A DNA stretch of 64,000 bases. Origin: an uncultured Thermoleophilia bacterium. GTDB taxonomy: Bacteria; Actinomycetota; Thermoleophilia; UBA2241. The notes under the pieces are model-generated. The model had not been told where the DNA came from. It worked only from the letters and a program-made list of their open reading frames with translations, and ran no database searches. Shown here piece after piece: positions 1 to 11,870 of this stretch; position 1 is the stretch's first letter; each line of letters starts with the position of its first letter. The DNA is taken from contig CAVPCT010000003.1 of the NCBI GenBank assembly GCA_963702475.1, positions 832,001 through 896,000 on the forward strand, written 5' to 3'. Made by a program: the position numbers and the translations under genes.

Positions 1-1264
1 GCCGCAGGACGACATCGACCTGGTGCGCAAGGCGCTGTTCGCTGCCGGCGCCGGTGTGATCGGCGAGTACGAGCACTGCTCGTGGTCGGTCGGCGGCCAG
101 GGAACCTTCTTCGGGCGCGAGGGCACGAGCCCCGTGGCCGGACAGGCCGGCCGCGACGAAGTAGTGGACGAGCTGCGCCTCGAAGTGGTCTTTCCGCGGC
201 GGCTGCGCCGCCGCGTCGTCGCCACCTATCTCAAGGCGCACCCCTACGAAGAGCCGGCCTTCGACCTGTACCCGGTCGAGAACGAGGAGCGCACGCTCGG
301 GCTCGGCCGGCTGGGCGAGCTACCGGCGCCGGCCACGCTGGCCGGCTTCGCCGCCGACGTGGCCGCCGTGCTCGACCTGCCGGACGTACGGTACGCCGGC
401 GACCCGGACCGCGAGGTCCTGCGGGTCGCTGTCCTGCCGGGCTCGGGTGCCGAGGCCATCGCCCGCGGGGTCGCGCGCCTGGCCGACGTGCTCGTCACCG
501 GCGACGTCAAGTACCACGAGGCGCGGCGCGCGCGGGACCAGGGCCTGGCCCTGGTCGACGCGCCGCACGGCCTCACTGAACAGGCCGCCGTCCTGCGCTG
601 GGCGCGTGTGCTGGCGGAGTCCCTTGGCCCGGAGGTGCGCGTGGAGACATTCGCCAACCCGGGGGTAGGCGTGTGGCACGTCACGTCGCATGGCCGCGGC
701 GTGCGGCCGGGCGCCGGCGCGAACGACGAAGAGACCGGCGCCGTCGAGCCCGACGAGACGGTGGTGCTCGAGCGCGACATCTTCGCCCCGGAGCCGGCTC
801 TCCCCGTCATGGACGCGCCGGAGCGTGGCTCCCTGCACCTGGACGGCATCCGCGACGATGAGCGCTACCGCCTGTACACCGACGGCGGCGCGCGCGGTAA
901 TCCCGGCCCTGCCGGGATCGGCGCGCGCCTGCTCACCTCCGGCGGCGACGTGGCCGAGGAGCTTGCCGACTTCATCGGCCAGGCCACCAACAACGTGGCC
1001 GAGTACCAGGCACTGCTCGCCGGCCTGGAGATGGCGCTCGACCGCGGCGTCGAACGCCTCGACGTCTTTCTCGACAGCGAGCTGGTCGTGCGCCAGGTCA
1101 ACGGACAGTACAAGGTCAAGGACGCAGGCCTGAAGCCGTTGCACGCGCAGGCCTGCCTGCTGCTCAGCCGCTTCCACGACGTCGAGGTGCGGCACGTGCG
1201 CCGCGAGCAGAACGCCGAGGCCGACGCCCTGGTCAATCAGGCCATCGACGCCGCCACGCACTGA
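1..1264 (+). CDS. Nif3-like dinuclear metal-centre protein fused to C-terminal ribonuclease HI (5' end outside window)
   Basis: Nif3/YqfO motifs ALFAAGAG.IG.Y..CS, HPYEEPAFD, TGDVKYHEA and DAPH; C-terminal RNase HI motifs LYTDGGARGNPG, TNNVAEY, DSELVVRQ and N.EAD. Confidence 0.9.
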   Translation, partial: PQDDIDLVRKALFAAGAGVIGEYEHCSWSVGGQGTFFGREGTSPVAGQAGRDEVVDELRLEVVFPRRLRRRVVATYLKAHPYEEPAFDLYPVENEERTLGLGRLGELPAPATLAGFAADVAAVLDLPDVRYAGDPDREVLRVAVLPGSGAEAIARGVARLADVLVTGDVKYHEARRARDQGLALVDAPHGLTEQAAVLRWARVLAESLGPEVRVETFANPGVGVWHVTSHGRGVRPGAGANDEETGAVEPDETVVLERDIFAPEPALPVMDAPERGSLHLDGIRDDERYRLYTDGGARGNPGPAGIGARLLTSGGDVAEELADFIGQATNNVAEYQALLAGLEMALDRGVERLDVFLDSELVVRQVNGQYKVKDAGLKPLHAQACLLLSRFHDVEVRHVRREQNAEADALVNQAIDAATH

Positions 1265-1344
1265 CCTGCAGATCACCCACGCGGTGGGTAAAAATTACCC
1301 ACGTCGTGGTTGATTTGCGTGATTCCTCGCTGTATCCTGTGGGC

Positions 1345-2588
1345 ATGATCGAACGCCGTCTCGCCCCTCGCCTGCTCGATGCTCTCGGGGATCGCCCGGT
1401 GACGCTCCTCGTCGGCCCCAGGCAGAGCGGCAAGAGCACGCTCGCCCAGTCGCTCGCCTCCGGCGCACACCCGGCGCGGTACCTCACGTTCGACGACCCG
1501 CCGGCACTGGCTGCGGCGGCCGGCGATCCCGTCGGCTTCCTTGGCGACCTCGACGGGCGACATCGTGCTGGACGAGGTCCAGCTCGTGCCGGAGCTGTTC
1601 CGCCCGCTCAAAGCTGCGGTCGACCGCGAGCGGCGTCCGGGCCGCTTCCTCCTCACAGGGTCGGCTCAGGTGCTGTTGCTCCCGAGGCTCTCAGAGTCGC
1701 TCGCCGGCCGCATGGAGGTACTGACCTTGTGGCCCCTCGCGGAGAGCGAGACTCGTGGGGACCGCCGGTTCGTTCATCGATGCACTGTTCGCGGCCGGTC
1801 CACTGCCGTCTCCGGCCGCCTCCGTCATCGATGCCGACGAGATCCGCCGGCTCATCACTCTCGGCGGCTTCCCCGAGGTCCGCACGCTGCGCACGCCGGC
1901 GCGACGGGACGCGTGGTTCGCCTCGTACGTCACGACGATCCTCCAGCGGGACGTGCGCGACATCGCCAATATCGACGGTCTGGTGACGATGCCGGCGCTG
2001 CTCTCTCTGCTCGCCGCTCGGAGCGCGGGACTTCTCAACGCGAGTGAGGTGTCGCGCAGCGCGAGCATGAAGCTGACGACACTCAACCGCTACCTCGCCC
2101 TGCTCGAGACGGTGTTCCTCGTGCAGCGGGTGCCTGCGTGGTCCGCCAACCTGGGCAAGCGCCTGGTCAAGGCCCCCAAGCTCCACTTCGTCGACACCGG
2201 CCTGGCCGCCCACCTCCTGGGGCTCGACGAGGACGGGCTGGCCGATGCGCCGATGCAGTTCGGGGCACTTCTCGAGACCTTCGTCGTCGGCGAACTCCAG
2301 AAGACTCTCGGCTGGTCCGACACCCGGACGCGCCTGTTCCACTTCAGAAGCTCCGACCGCAGCGAAGTGGACATCGTGCTCGAGGACGCCCGGGGCCGGA
2401 TCGTGGGCATAGAGGTCCGCGCGAGCGCGACGCCGTCACAGGCCGACTTCGCCGGGCTGCGCTTTCTGCAGGAGCTGACCGGACAACGCTTCGTGCGCGG
2501 TGTGGTGCTGCACCTCGGGGAGGCTGCACTGCCGTTCGGCGACAGGCTCGAGGCGCTGCCCGTCGCTGCTCTTTGGTCGGGGCGCTGA
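1345..2588 (+). CDS. AAA+ ATPase with DUF4143 and C-terminal PD-(D/E)xK-like domain (two frameshifts near 1555 and 1755)
   Basis: GPRQSGKST Walker A, IVLDEVQ, LLTGSA, GGFPE, KLHFVDTGL, EVDIVLE..GIEV spread over three frames. Confidence 0.85.
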
Positions 2589-2592
2589 CCGC

Positions 2593-3478
2593 TCAGCGCG
2601 GGCGGGCGTGCGCAGCCGCGCCCGCGCGCGCTTCGCCACCCGCGGGCGCGCCCACGAACCGGATCCCCGTGTCGAACCACACGATCAGCGACAGCCACTG
2701 GCGCTTCTGCACGCGCAGCGTGAAGGGGCCGCCGCGGTCGAAGCTGGACACGGCGCTCGAGGCGCTGACGACGTAGGTCGCGGCCGGCAGCGAGACGAGG
2801 AACCCGGCGTGCCTGGTGCTCGCCACCCGCGCGGCCACCCTTCCGTTCGGCCGGTAGAACAGCGAGAGTCGCGTCGCACGGCTCGTCGCTCGGCTCTTCC
2901 GGCCGCACCACCGGCACGATGGGACCGCGCCGCGTCGTCCCCAGAGCGCCCTGGCGGTACGCGTGCCGGCCCGCGGGGGGTTCGACCGGTGTCACCGTAT
3001 GGCCGGCGTCCTTCGCGTCCGGGAACTCGAGGCCCGTGTCGAGCCACAGGCGGACGCTCCTCGAGTGGCCGGGCCGTACCTTCGTCACCACGTCGTGCGG
3101 GATCGGGAGCGTGCTGGGGCCGGGCAGTTCCGCTGTGAAGCGGTAGGTACCGGCCGCGAGGCGCACCGCGAAGCGACCGTCGTCGCCGGTGCGCAGCGTG
3201 CGCAGGGCGGCGTCCTGGCCGTGCCGGAAGATCCTCACCACGGCCTTCTGCGGCGGCCACGAGAGCTGCGTGCCCCGGTCCCCCTTCGTGAGCGGGCCGA
3301 GCACGACGACTCCGCGCACCAGTCCTGTCTTCGCGCCGGCGGCCGCATGCGCGGCCGGCGCTGCCGCCGCCACGAGCAGCGCGGCCGCGACGATCGCCAG
3401 CAGCAGCGCGGCCGTCGACCCGCGCGGGCGACCGCTACGCTCCCCGCGCTCGCTCCGGTCCTTCGTTCTCGCCCTCAC
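2593..3478 (-). CDS. Secreted protein with two carboxypeptidase-regulatory-like beta-sandwich domains (frameshift near 2865; start approximate)
   Basis: Ala-rich signal peptide; repeated GRFAVRLAAGTY...LWLDTG and GFLVSLPAATY...VWFDTG. Confidence 0.6.
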
Positions 3479-3557
3479 CGCGTTCCTCCCGGGCCGCTCC
3501 ACGAGCCTCTCCACAGCATGCTCCGAGCCGCCATCAGAGGCCAGCCACGCCGGCGAA

Positions 3558-3586
3558 TTGCACGCCGCCCGCACCCTTGGTATCAT
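3558..3586 (+). promoter_or_regulatory. Sigma70-type promoter of tRNA operon
   Basis: TTGCAC, 17-bp spacer, TATCAT preceded by TGn, 11 bp upstream of tRNA-Gly. Confidence 0.6.
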
Positions 3587-3597
3587 CCCACGGCGCT

Positions 3598-3674
3598 GCG
3601 GGTGTAGCTCAGTTGGCTAGAGCGTCTGCTTGCCATGCAGAAGGTCGAGGGTTCGAGTCCCTTCACCCGCTCCA
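3598..3674 (+). tRNA. tRNA-Gly (GCC)
   Basis: Cloverleaf: GCGGGTG/CACCCGC acceptor stem, TTGCCAT anticodon loop, GTTCGAG T-loop, 3' CCA. Confidence 0.97.
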
Positions 3675-3763
3675 TTTTCCCCTCTCGGGGTGCGAGGCAG
3701 AGGACAGAGGCCGATGTGCTCTGTCGTCTGCCTCTCGTCACGTCAGGGGGCGCCTCTTCACCG

Positions 3764-3838
<75 letters not shown>

Positions 3839-3950
3839 ACTCTTTCTTCCTGCACAGGGCCAACTTCTCTGTCTCGTGCCTGACCTAGAATCGGCGTCTA
3901 TGCCGCCGAGGTTGCCGACGGCGCTACCGGGAGGGCATTGCGGGGCACGC

Positions 3951-4250
3951 TCACGAGGCAGCGAAGACGACCTCGGCGATGCGCGCCGCCGCCTCCTCCT
4001 GCATCGCCGGGATCGCGTGCGAGTAGGTGTCGAGCGTGATGGCGATGGTCGCGTGCCCGAGGCGTTCGGAGACGACCTTGGGGTGGATGCCGGCGCACAG
4101 CGTCAGGGTCGCGTGCGTGTGCCGTAGGTCGTGCAGGCGAATCACCGGCAGCCGTGAGCGCTTCACCGCCGCACGGAAGAAGCGGCTCACGACCTCCGGG
4201 TGCCAGGCCTCCCCGTCCTCCTTCGTGAAGACAAGACCAGCGTTTTCCTG
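3951..4250 (-). pseudogene. Tyrosine integrase, C-terminal fragment
   Basis: RLHDLRHTHAT (HxxR) and RLGHA...TLDTYSH (catalytic H and Y); N-terminal part absent. Confidence 0.9.
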
Positions 4251-4269
4251 GCCGTCTGCGCAGTCGAGT

Positions 4270-4426
4270 ACACTGGAGTTAACGGCGTGAGGGGCATGTA
4301 CGCCTCGGCCGACTCTTCGCGGACGAAGGCGGTCGCGTGCATCGCCTCGACCAGGCCCTCGTAGGTCTCGGCGCGGAGCCGCTGCCGCCGGCCGGTGTGG
4401 TCCTCCGTGGTCATGCTCAGCATCAT
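4270..4426 (-). pseudogene. Small hypothetical protein, apparently truncated at the integrase junction
   Basis: ATGA overlap with upstream gene; coding-like N-terminus that runs into integrase sequence. Confidence 0.4.
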
Positions 4427-5390
4427 CGACCCTCCGCAGTCGTGGCCTCGGGCGCGCGCTCCCTGTCCCTTTGGCGCAGGTACGCGACGACGGCCGGCCA
4501 GTCCGGTTCCCGGGAATCGAACCGGATCAGTTCACCGGTGAACTCACCGGCGCCCTTCGTGTCCCTGTCGTCGATCAGGAAGTCGCCGCGGTTGAGGTCC
4601 TTGTGGTGGGTGAGGATGAGGCGCTTGTAGGCCGCCTCGCCGAGGTGCCGCTTCACCCACTCCAGCTTGTCCGACCAGGCCGACGGGTTCTCCCAGGGCG
4701 CCGTCGAGAGGACGTAGGTGTCGTAGAGCAGCGACAACTCCCAGTGCGCCTCGAGTGCCCCCCACACCGGTTCCATGAGGGCGAACACGCCGGGGATGTC
4801 GTCCTCGTGGCCCTCGTAGGCGGCCCGGACCTCTGCCGGGACGCGGTCGAGCCCCGAGCGGAAGTCGACGAGCACGCCGTCCATGTCCACGTAGAGGACT
4901 TGCGCGGCCGGCAGGCGGCGATGAGCCAGGCGCGCTGGTAGGGCTCGGCGTAGTAGCACGAGATGTCATCCTCGCTGCGCAGCTCGTTGCGCCGCAGCTC
5001 CTCGTCGACGTCGCAGGTGACGACCTCGCCGTGGACGCGGTAGCCGGCGCTCCTCAGGGCCTCGATGAGCTGCAGCGTCGGCTCGCGTTCCATGCCGACG
5101 ATCTCGGTGACGATGTTGCGGCGCTCGGCGACGGCGCGCTTGGCGACCAGGCGCCCGATGCGCTCCATGGGGCCCTCGAGCGGACCGGGGAAGTCGAAGT
5201 ACTCACCGCGGCTCAGGCTGAGGAAGATGTCGACCGCGTCGATGAGCACGTAGCCGCTCGCGTACCTCTCCTTGCGCAGCGTCGTCTTGCCGGCCGCGAC
5301 GCCGCCGGAGATGATGACCGCGACCGGCTTTTCGTCGGCCGGGATCGAGGCATCGTCGAAGAGCCTGTCCACTTCGGCGCGAACGTCCAT
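4423..5390 (-). CDS. P-loop kinase (zeta-toxin/AAA_33-like) probably fused to NT5C-type HAD 5'(3')-nucleotidase (1-nt frameshift near 4900)
   Basis: VIISGGVAAGKTT; LYVDMDGVLVDF, STAPW and RGDFLIDDR; no separate start for HAD part; one extra G in cgcaag(g)tcctc joins the frames. Confidence 0.75.
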
Positions 5391-5917
5391 CGTGACCCCC
5401 TCCCGTGGCGACCCGCATACCATGCCTCCAACATCCATCATAGCCGTCGTCGGTGACGGCTCGGGGCGGAGCACGCTCGGCCGCCTCACTCAAGCTCGAT
5501 CCGGATTGCGATCTGCCCGTGCTCGGCCCGGCGATGGGTCGCTGCGTCGCGCTCTCGAGGGCCAAGGAAGCAGCTCACATCGTCAGGCCGGGCAACGGCT
5601 GTCCGTTCTCCTCCTCAAGTAGAGGCCCCTGCTCCGACTCCACCGGTGAGCGATGGCCCTGCTCCGAAGCCGGCGGCTGGCTGGCGAGAGGCCGGCCGGC
5701 CTTCCGAGTAAGGGGGTCGCTCGTCGCTCCCCGACGAGAGGTCGGGTCCATGCGGCACGGCGAAAGTATCAGGCTGAAGCCGAGGTCGAGGGTCTCGACT
5801 GGCGAGGTTGAGCTTCTGGTGCTGCTGAGGCAGGCGGTCGTGGCAATCGCCGCAGCAGTCGCGTGGCTATGTAGCCCATGCCTGCATTGCGCGCCGGCCT
5901 TTCCGACCCCTTTCTTC

Positions 5918-5986
5918 TTGACATCGTCATCGCCTCGTTCTATAAGAGTTCTGAACAAGTGTTCAGGTACCTGAGTGTGTGTTCAG
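5918..5986 (+). promoter_or_regulatory. Promoter plus TetR-type operators
   Basis: TTGACA-17 bp-TATAAG (5918-5946); palindrome CTGAAC-AAGT-GTTCAG (5951-5966) and related CTGAGT-GTGT-GTTCAG (5971-5986). Confidence 0.75.
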
Positions 5987-6028
5987 CTTCACAAGCTGTG
6001 ATGCTCACTGAGATGGGGGAGCGGGGAC

Positions 6029-6641
6029 GTGGCGGGCCGGACGCCAATCGAACAGCTCAGGCGTTCCGAGCTTATCGACGCCACGATCGAGACCATCGCC
6101 GAGCGTGGCTTCCTGCGCACCACTGTGCGCGACATCGCCGAACGGGCGGGCTGTTCTCCCGCCGCCGTGCTCTACTACTTCCCCCGCAAAGACGATCTCC
6201 TCTCCGTCGCCTTCCGCGAATCCGACCAGCGATTCCGCAGCCGCGTACAGGCTGAGATCGCGCTGTACGAGGGCGCGTCGAAGCTGGACCGCGTCGTCGA
6301 ACTGTGCTTCCCCGAGGGCGAGGAGGAGGCCGTCTGGAATGTGGAGTTCGACGTCTGGGCGTTCGCCAGTCGCGCGGAGGATGCCTACTTCCGGGAGATC
6401 TTCGAGATCGCCAGCTCGGACTGGCTCGAACATCCTCACCGCTGCCGTCAGTGACGCCGTGAGGCGGGGTGACCTCGTCGTGCCGGACGCACGCGCCTGG
6501 GCAGTGAAATTCGCAGCCCTGATCGACGGGTTCGGCGTCCATACCCGAGTCACGAAGCACGTCGACAAGTCCACCGCGCGCAGGATGTTGCTCGCGGAGA
6601 TCGATTCGGTGCGGTCATCGACACGAGATGCGATCGACTAG
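6029..6641 (+). CDS. TetR family regulator, BetI-like (frameshift near 6430)
   Basis: RRSELIDATIETIAERG..TTVRDIAERAG.S.AAVLYYF..K HTH; C-terminal FAALIDG. Confidence 0.85.
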
Positions 6642-6656
6642 GGGGAAGGAAGGGCC

Positions 6657-7839
6657 ATGGACAGGGCAGATCATAGCGGTCTCACCCGGCGAGAAGTCCT
6701 CAAGTACGGCACCGTGGCCGGGCTCGGCTTCACCGTGCTGCCCGGGCTGTCTGGCCGCGTGCGGTGAGTCTGGGACTACCAGTGCCTCGCCCTCGGCCGC
6801 GGCGAGTGCTGTGGTGGCGAAGCTGAATCCGGTAGCACGGTCAAGCTCCTCGCCTGGCAGGGCTACGACAACAAGAAGAACCTCGAGGCTCTCCTGAATG
6901 ACTTCGGAGTGAGCACGAGCACCACCTACATCGCCGGCGACCAGGAGGTCTTCACGAAGCTCGGGGCGCAGAAGGGCATCGGCGCCTGGGACGTACTCAC
7001 CTACAACTCCGGCCTCGTGCCGAGCCTCTTTGAGATGGGCGCTCTCGAGGGCATCTCGCCCTCCTCGGTGCCCAACTCCGCCGACATCTACCCCGAGTTC
7101 ATGACTCTCGACTTCATCCAGACCGGCGAGGGCGACAAGATGATGGGCATGCCCTTCTCATGGGGCTACCAGGGCTTCGTGAGGAGCGGCGACCTGCCCG
7201 AGCTGGCCAACTGGGACCAGCTCTTCGACGCGAGCTACAAGGGCAAGATCGTCACGGTGAACGATCCCACCACTGCCGTAGCCACCGCGTGCCTCGCCTC
7301 CGGGTTCACCCAGTACGACAAGCTCACAAAGGACCAGCTCGACCAGGTGATGGACTGGTGGTACAGGCTCAAGCCGAACCTGCGCACGATCCTCGGCGAC
7401 TACGGCGTGGCCAAGGACTTGCTAGTGCGTGGCGAGATCGATGGCACCGTGCCAGGCTGGCAGGCGATCGTCGCCTGGGCGGCGGCCGACGGCGCGACGC
7501 TCTACCACGACTTCCCCGAGCAGGGCGTCTACGGGTTCATGGACCTGCTGACGATGGTCAAGGGGACGAAGGACCCGGAGAACGCGCTCGGCTGGATCGA
7601 CTTCACGCTGTCTCCCGAGGCGCAGGCGAACCTCGCCACCGAGATGTCGCAGGGGATCACGAACCAGAAGGCCGTGCCGATGCTCTCGCAGGAGCTGCAG
7701 GACGCCTATCAGTACGTCAAGCCTCTCCGAGAACTTCCAGACCTCGCCGATCCGCAGGCTGCCTCCGTTCCGTGGTGAGGGTGACTACGTCGGCTTCGTC
7801 GACTGGGCCGCCGCGTGGGAGCGTTTCACGGCGGCGTGA
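6657..7839 (+). CDS. Tat-exported PotD/PotF-like ABC substrate-binding protein (several frameshifts)
   Basis: LTRREVLK Tat motif; LLAWQGY, MPFSWG, WDQLFD..YKGKI, PEQG...FMD, A..WIDF.LSPEAQ. Confidence 0.8.
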
Positions 7840-9014
7840 CCTCGGCAGCCCTCTCGGGAGGTGCGGTGAGCAGCCTGGCGAGCAGCGACGCGGCGGAGGC
7901 CGCGGGCAACGTGGCGGCCGCGAGCGCGGCTGCGCGCACCGAGCCGGTGGTGCGTCTTCGGGGCGTCTCCAAGCGGTTCGGCGAGGTCGTCGCGGTCGAC
8001 GACGTGACCCTCGAGATCCCGCAGGGGCACTTCACGACGCTGCTCGGCCCCTCGGGCTGCGGCAAGACGACCCTGCTGCGCATGCTCGCCGGATTCGAGG
8101 AGCCGGCGACGGGGACGGTCGAGATCGACGGCCGTGACATGCGCGGGGTGCCGCCGGAGCGGCGCCCCGTGAACATGGTCTTCCAGCGCTACGCGCTCTT
8201 CCCGCACCGCAACGTCATCGAGAACGTGATGTTCGGACTCGAGTCGGCCCGCGTCCCGCGCCCGAGCGCTCTCGCTCGGGCGCGGGAGGCCCTCGCCACG
8301 TGCAACATCGAGAACCTCGAGACGCGGCGCATCAGCGAGCTCTCGGGCGGGCAGGCGCAGCGCGTCGCGGTGGCCAGGGCACTCGTCAACCGCCCGAAGA
8401 TCCTGCTCCTCGACGAGCCACTCGCCGCCCTCGACCTGAAGCTCCGTAGACACCTGCGCTTCGAGCTGCGACGCCTGCAGCAGGAGCTCGAGACGACCTT
8501 CCTCTACGTCACGCACGATCAGGGCGAGGCGCTCGCCATGTCCGACTCGATCGTCCTCATGAACGGCGGCCGCGTCATCCAGCACTGCTCGCCCGCGGGA
8601 GCTCTACGACGCGCCCAACTGCGTCTTCGCGGCGACCTTCATCGGCGAGGCGAACGTGCTCGAGCTGCACGGTCCGGAGCGTGGAGCAGGACGTGGCCGT
8701 GGTAGCTGATCGACGGCATCGCCATGCAGCGCCTCCACGCGCGGGCCGGTGCCCGGCGGGCGCCGCGGCACACCTCTACGTGCGCCCCGAGCGCGTCGTG
8801 CTGCACCGCGGGGGTGAGCGGGAGGGCCTCCAGGTGACGGTGACGGACGCCGCCTTCGAGGGCGGCATCGTGCGCTACTGGCTGACGGTCAAGGACGCGC
8901 AGATCGAGCTGGTGGCGGAGGCGCCGGTGCGCGCCGGCGACGAGATCTTCCCTGCTCGGCGCGAGCCTGCAGGCATCGTGGGAGGCGGGCGAGGCCCATG
9001 TCCTCCTTGAGTAA
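7836..9014 (+). CDS. PotA-like ABC ATPase with TOBE tail (frameshifts)
   Basis: GPSGCGKTT, LSGGQAQR, LLLDEP, YVTHDQ.EA, RPE in tail. Confidence 0.9.
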
Positions 9015-10721
9015 ACGGCGCAAGGATGAGCTGACCGTCGCCGGCGAGCTCGCGCCGCTCGGCACGTTGCTCCTGCTGGCCTTCTTCGTGCCGCTCAGCC
9101 TGCTGCTCGCCTACTCGTTCTGGAAGCAGAGCGGCTTCGAAGTCGTGCACGAGTTCACCCTGGCGAGCTACGTCACGGCGCTCACCGACACCTTCTATCT
9201 CAAGCTCCTGCTCCGCTCGCTCGTCATCGGTGCGGCCGTTGCCTTCCTCTCGGTCGCCCTCGCCTACCCCTATGCCTACGCCGCGACCTTCCGCTTCCCG
9301 CGCGCGCGAGGGGCGCTGCTGTTCGCGGCGCTTCTCTCCATGTTCACCTCCTACCTGGTGCGGGTGTACGCCTTCCAGACCATCCTCGGCGAGACCGGCG
9401 TCATCAACAGCGTGCTCCGGGGCCTCGGCCTGATCGACGAGCCGCTCTCCTTCCTGCTCTTCAACTCCTTCGCCGTCGTCATCACACTGACCAACGTCTT
9501 CCTGCCCTACGTGCTCCTGCCCGATCTGGGCGGCGATGCAGTCGGTCGAGCGCAACCAGCTCGAGGCGGCGCGCGACCTCGGGGCGACGGCCATTCGCGA
9601 CCTTCTGGCGCGTCGTCTACCCGATGACGAAGAACGGGGCCAGGGCCGGCTTCCTCTTCGCCTTCGTGCTGGCAGCCGGCGACTACGTGACGCCGACCCT
9701 GGTCGGCGGGCCGAGCGGCACGATGATCGGTCGCGAGATCTCGGTCGCCTTCGGCCTGCTCAATGACTACCCGCTCGGGGCGGCGCTCGCGTTCGTGCTG
9801 CTCATCGCCTTCGCCGTGGCGGCGTGGCTGCTGCCCGCGCTCGTCGCGCGCATCCCGCGGCCGCCCTCAGTGCGCTGGGTACTCTCGGCGCCGCTGCGCG
9901 CCAGCGACCACGTACGCCTGCCGCTCTCGCGCTACTGGGCGCACGCCTACGTGGTCGCCGTCGTGCTGTTCCTGTTCGTGCCCCTCGCCATCATCATCCT
10001 GCTTTCCTTCAACACGAGCTCGGTGCCGGCCTTCCCGATGCGCGGCCTCACCTTGCACTGGTACGCGCGCGTGTTCTCCAACATCTCGTTCCGCGACGCT
10101 CTCTACACGAGCCTCAAGGTGGCGGCTCTCACGGCGGCGATCGGCGCCGTCCTGGGCACGCTCGCGGCGCTTGCCTTCGCGCGCCACAAGTTCCGCGCCC
10201 GGGGGCCACTCATGGGCCTGCTCTTCGCCCCCCTCGCGATGCCGGGCCTGATCACCGGCATCGCGATGCTGACCGTCTACGTGGCGCTCAGCGTCACCCT
10301 CTCGCTCTGGACGATCACCCTCGGCCACCTCGTGTACGCGACGCCGTTCGTCGTGCTCGCCATCGTCGCCGGCCTCTCCGACCTCGACCCGGCCCTCGAG
10401 GAGGCGGGGCGCGATCTCGGCCGCGGCCCCTTCGGGGTGTTCCGCAAGGTGACGCTGCCGCTCGTCTTCCCGGTGATCGTGGGAGCGGCGTTCGTCGCCG
10501 CGGCGCTCTCGCTGGACGAGTTCATCATCACGAACTTCGTCGCCGGCAGCACCGTGACCTTGCCGCTCTACATCTGGTCCAAGCTGCGCATCGGCGTGAC
10601 CCCTGACACCAACGCTGTGGGGACGCTCATCCTCGTGGGTCTGGCGCTGCTCTCGCTCGCGGCCTGGTACCTCACGCGACTGACGTCGACCTTCATCAGC
10701 AGAAGAGGAGAATCGAAGTGA
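8998..10721 (+). CDS. Fused PotB-PotC-like double ABC permease (frameshifts near 9520 and 9595)
   Basis: Two EAA loops (LEAARDLGA and LEEAGRDLG); 9624-10721 joins PotB C-terminus to full PotC without a stop. Confidence 0.75.
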
Positions 10722-11870
10722 GCAGACTCCGTGTCGGCGTCGTCGGCCTCGGCGCGATCGCCCAGATCCAGCACCTCCCGAACCTCGAGCAGCTCCGCGA
10801 CGGCTACGAGCTCGCGCACGTCTGCGACCTCTCGCCGCGGCTCGTGGAGACCATCGGCGAGCGCTACGGCGTCGCGGCGCGCACGACGGACTGGCGCGAG
10901 CTGTGCGCGGATGCGAGCCTCGACGCGGTGATCCTCCTCAACTCGGGGTCACACGGACCGCAGGCGCGGGCGGCGCTCGAGAGCGGCCTCCACGTGCTCG
11001 CCGAGAAGCCGCTCTGCTTCACGGTGCGGGAGGCGGACGAGCTCGAGGCGCTGGCGCAGTCCAGCGGCCGCGTCCTGCAGGTCGGCTACATGAAGTCGCA
11101 CGAGGCGGTGATGGCCCGGGCGCGCGCTGAGGTCGAGCGCCTCGGCGACCTGCGCTTCGTGCGGCACGCCGTCTTCCATCCCTCCGAGGTGCAGCAGCAG
11201 GAGCACGTCAACGTGCTGCGCTTCGACGACGCCGATCCCGATGCGCTGCGCCAAGCTGCGGAGGAGAACGCGGTCCTCGTGCGGGAGGCGATCGGCGACG
11301 TCGCGCCGGGGCTGCAGTGGCTCTACAGCGAGCTCGGACTGGGGTCGATCGTGCACTACCTGGCCGTCTTTCGCTCGCTCTTCGGGCGCCTGCCCGAGTC
11401 GATCATCGCGGCCTACGCATGGCCTTTCGACCCGGAGAGCCCACCCCTCGGCTGGGGTCCCGACGACCAGCTGCCGACGCTCTCGGTCTTCGCCTCCTTC
11501 GGCGGCGAGTGTCGCCTCGACCTCACCTGGGCCTGGCTGCAGCGCTATCCCGAGTACCGCGAGCTGGTCGAGGTCTTCTCCCCCGAGGGCGGCGTGCGCC
11601 TGCAGCTGCCGCCCCCCTACCTCCATCACCGCACCGCGGCTCTGACCGTCGAACGCCTGGGCGGCGACGGCGGGCACGAGTCCGTGGGCGCCTCGGGCGC
11701 CTTCGACGCGGCCTTCCTGCGCGAGCTGCGCGACTTCCACGCGGCCGTGACCGAGCGGAGTACCAGTCGTCTCGACCGCGGCCGACGCTCGCGACGACGT
11801 AGGCTTCTGTCAGGAGCTTGTGGCGCGCGTCGCCGAGAGCCTCGCGGCGGATGTGGAGCGTGTGTCATGA
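10718..11870 (+). CDS. Gfo/Idh/MocA family oxidoreductase (inositol dehydrogenase-like); frameshift near 11770
   Basis: GVVGLGAIA, HVLAEKP, LQVGYMK; alternative frame ends in TGA overlapping the iolB ATG. Confidence 0.85.
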
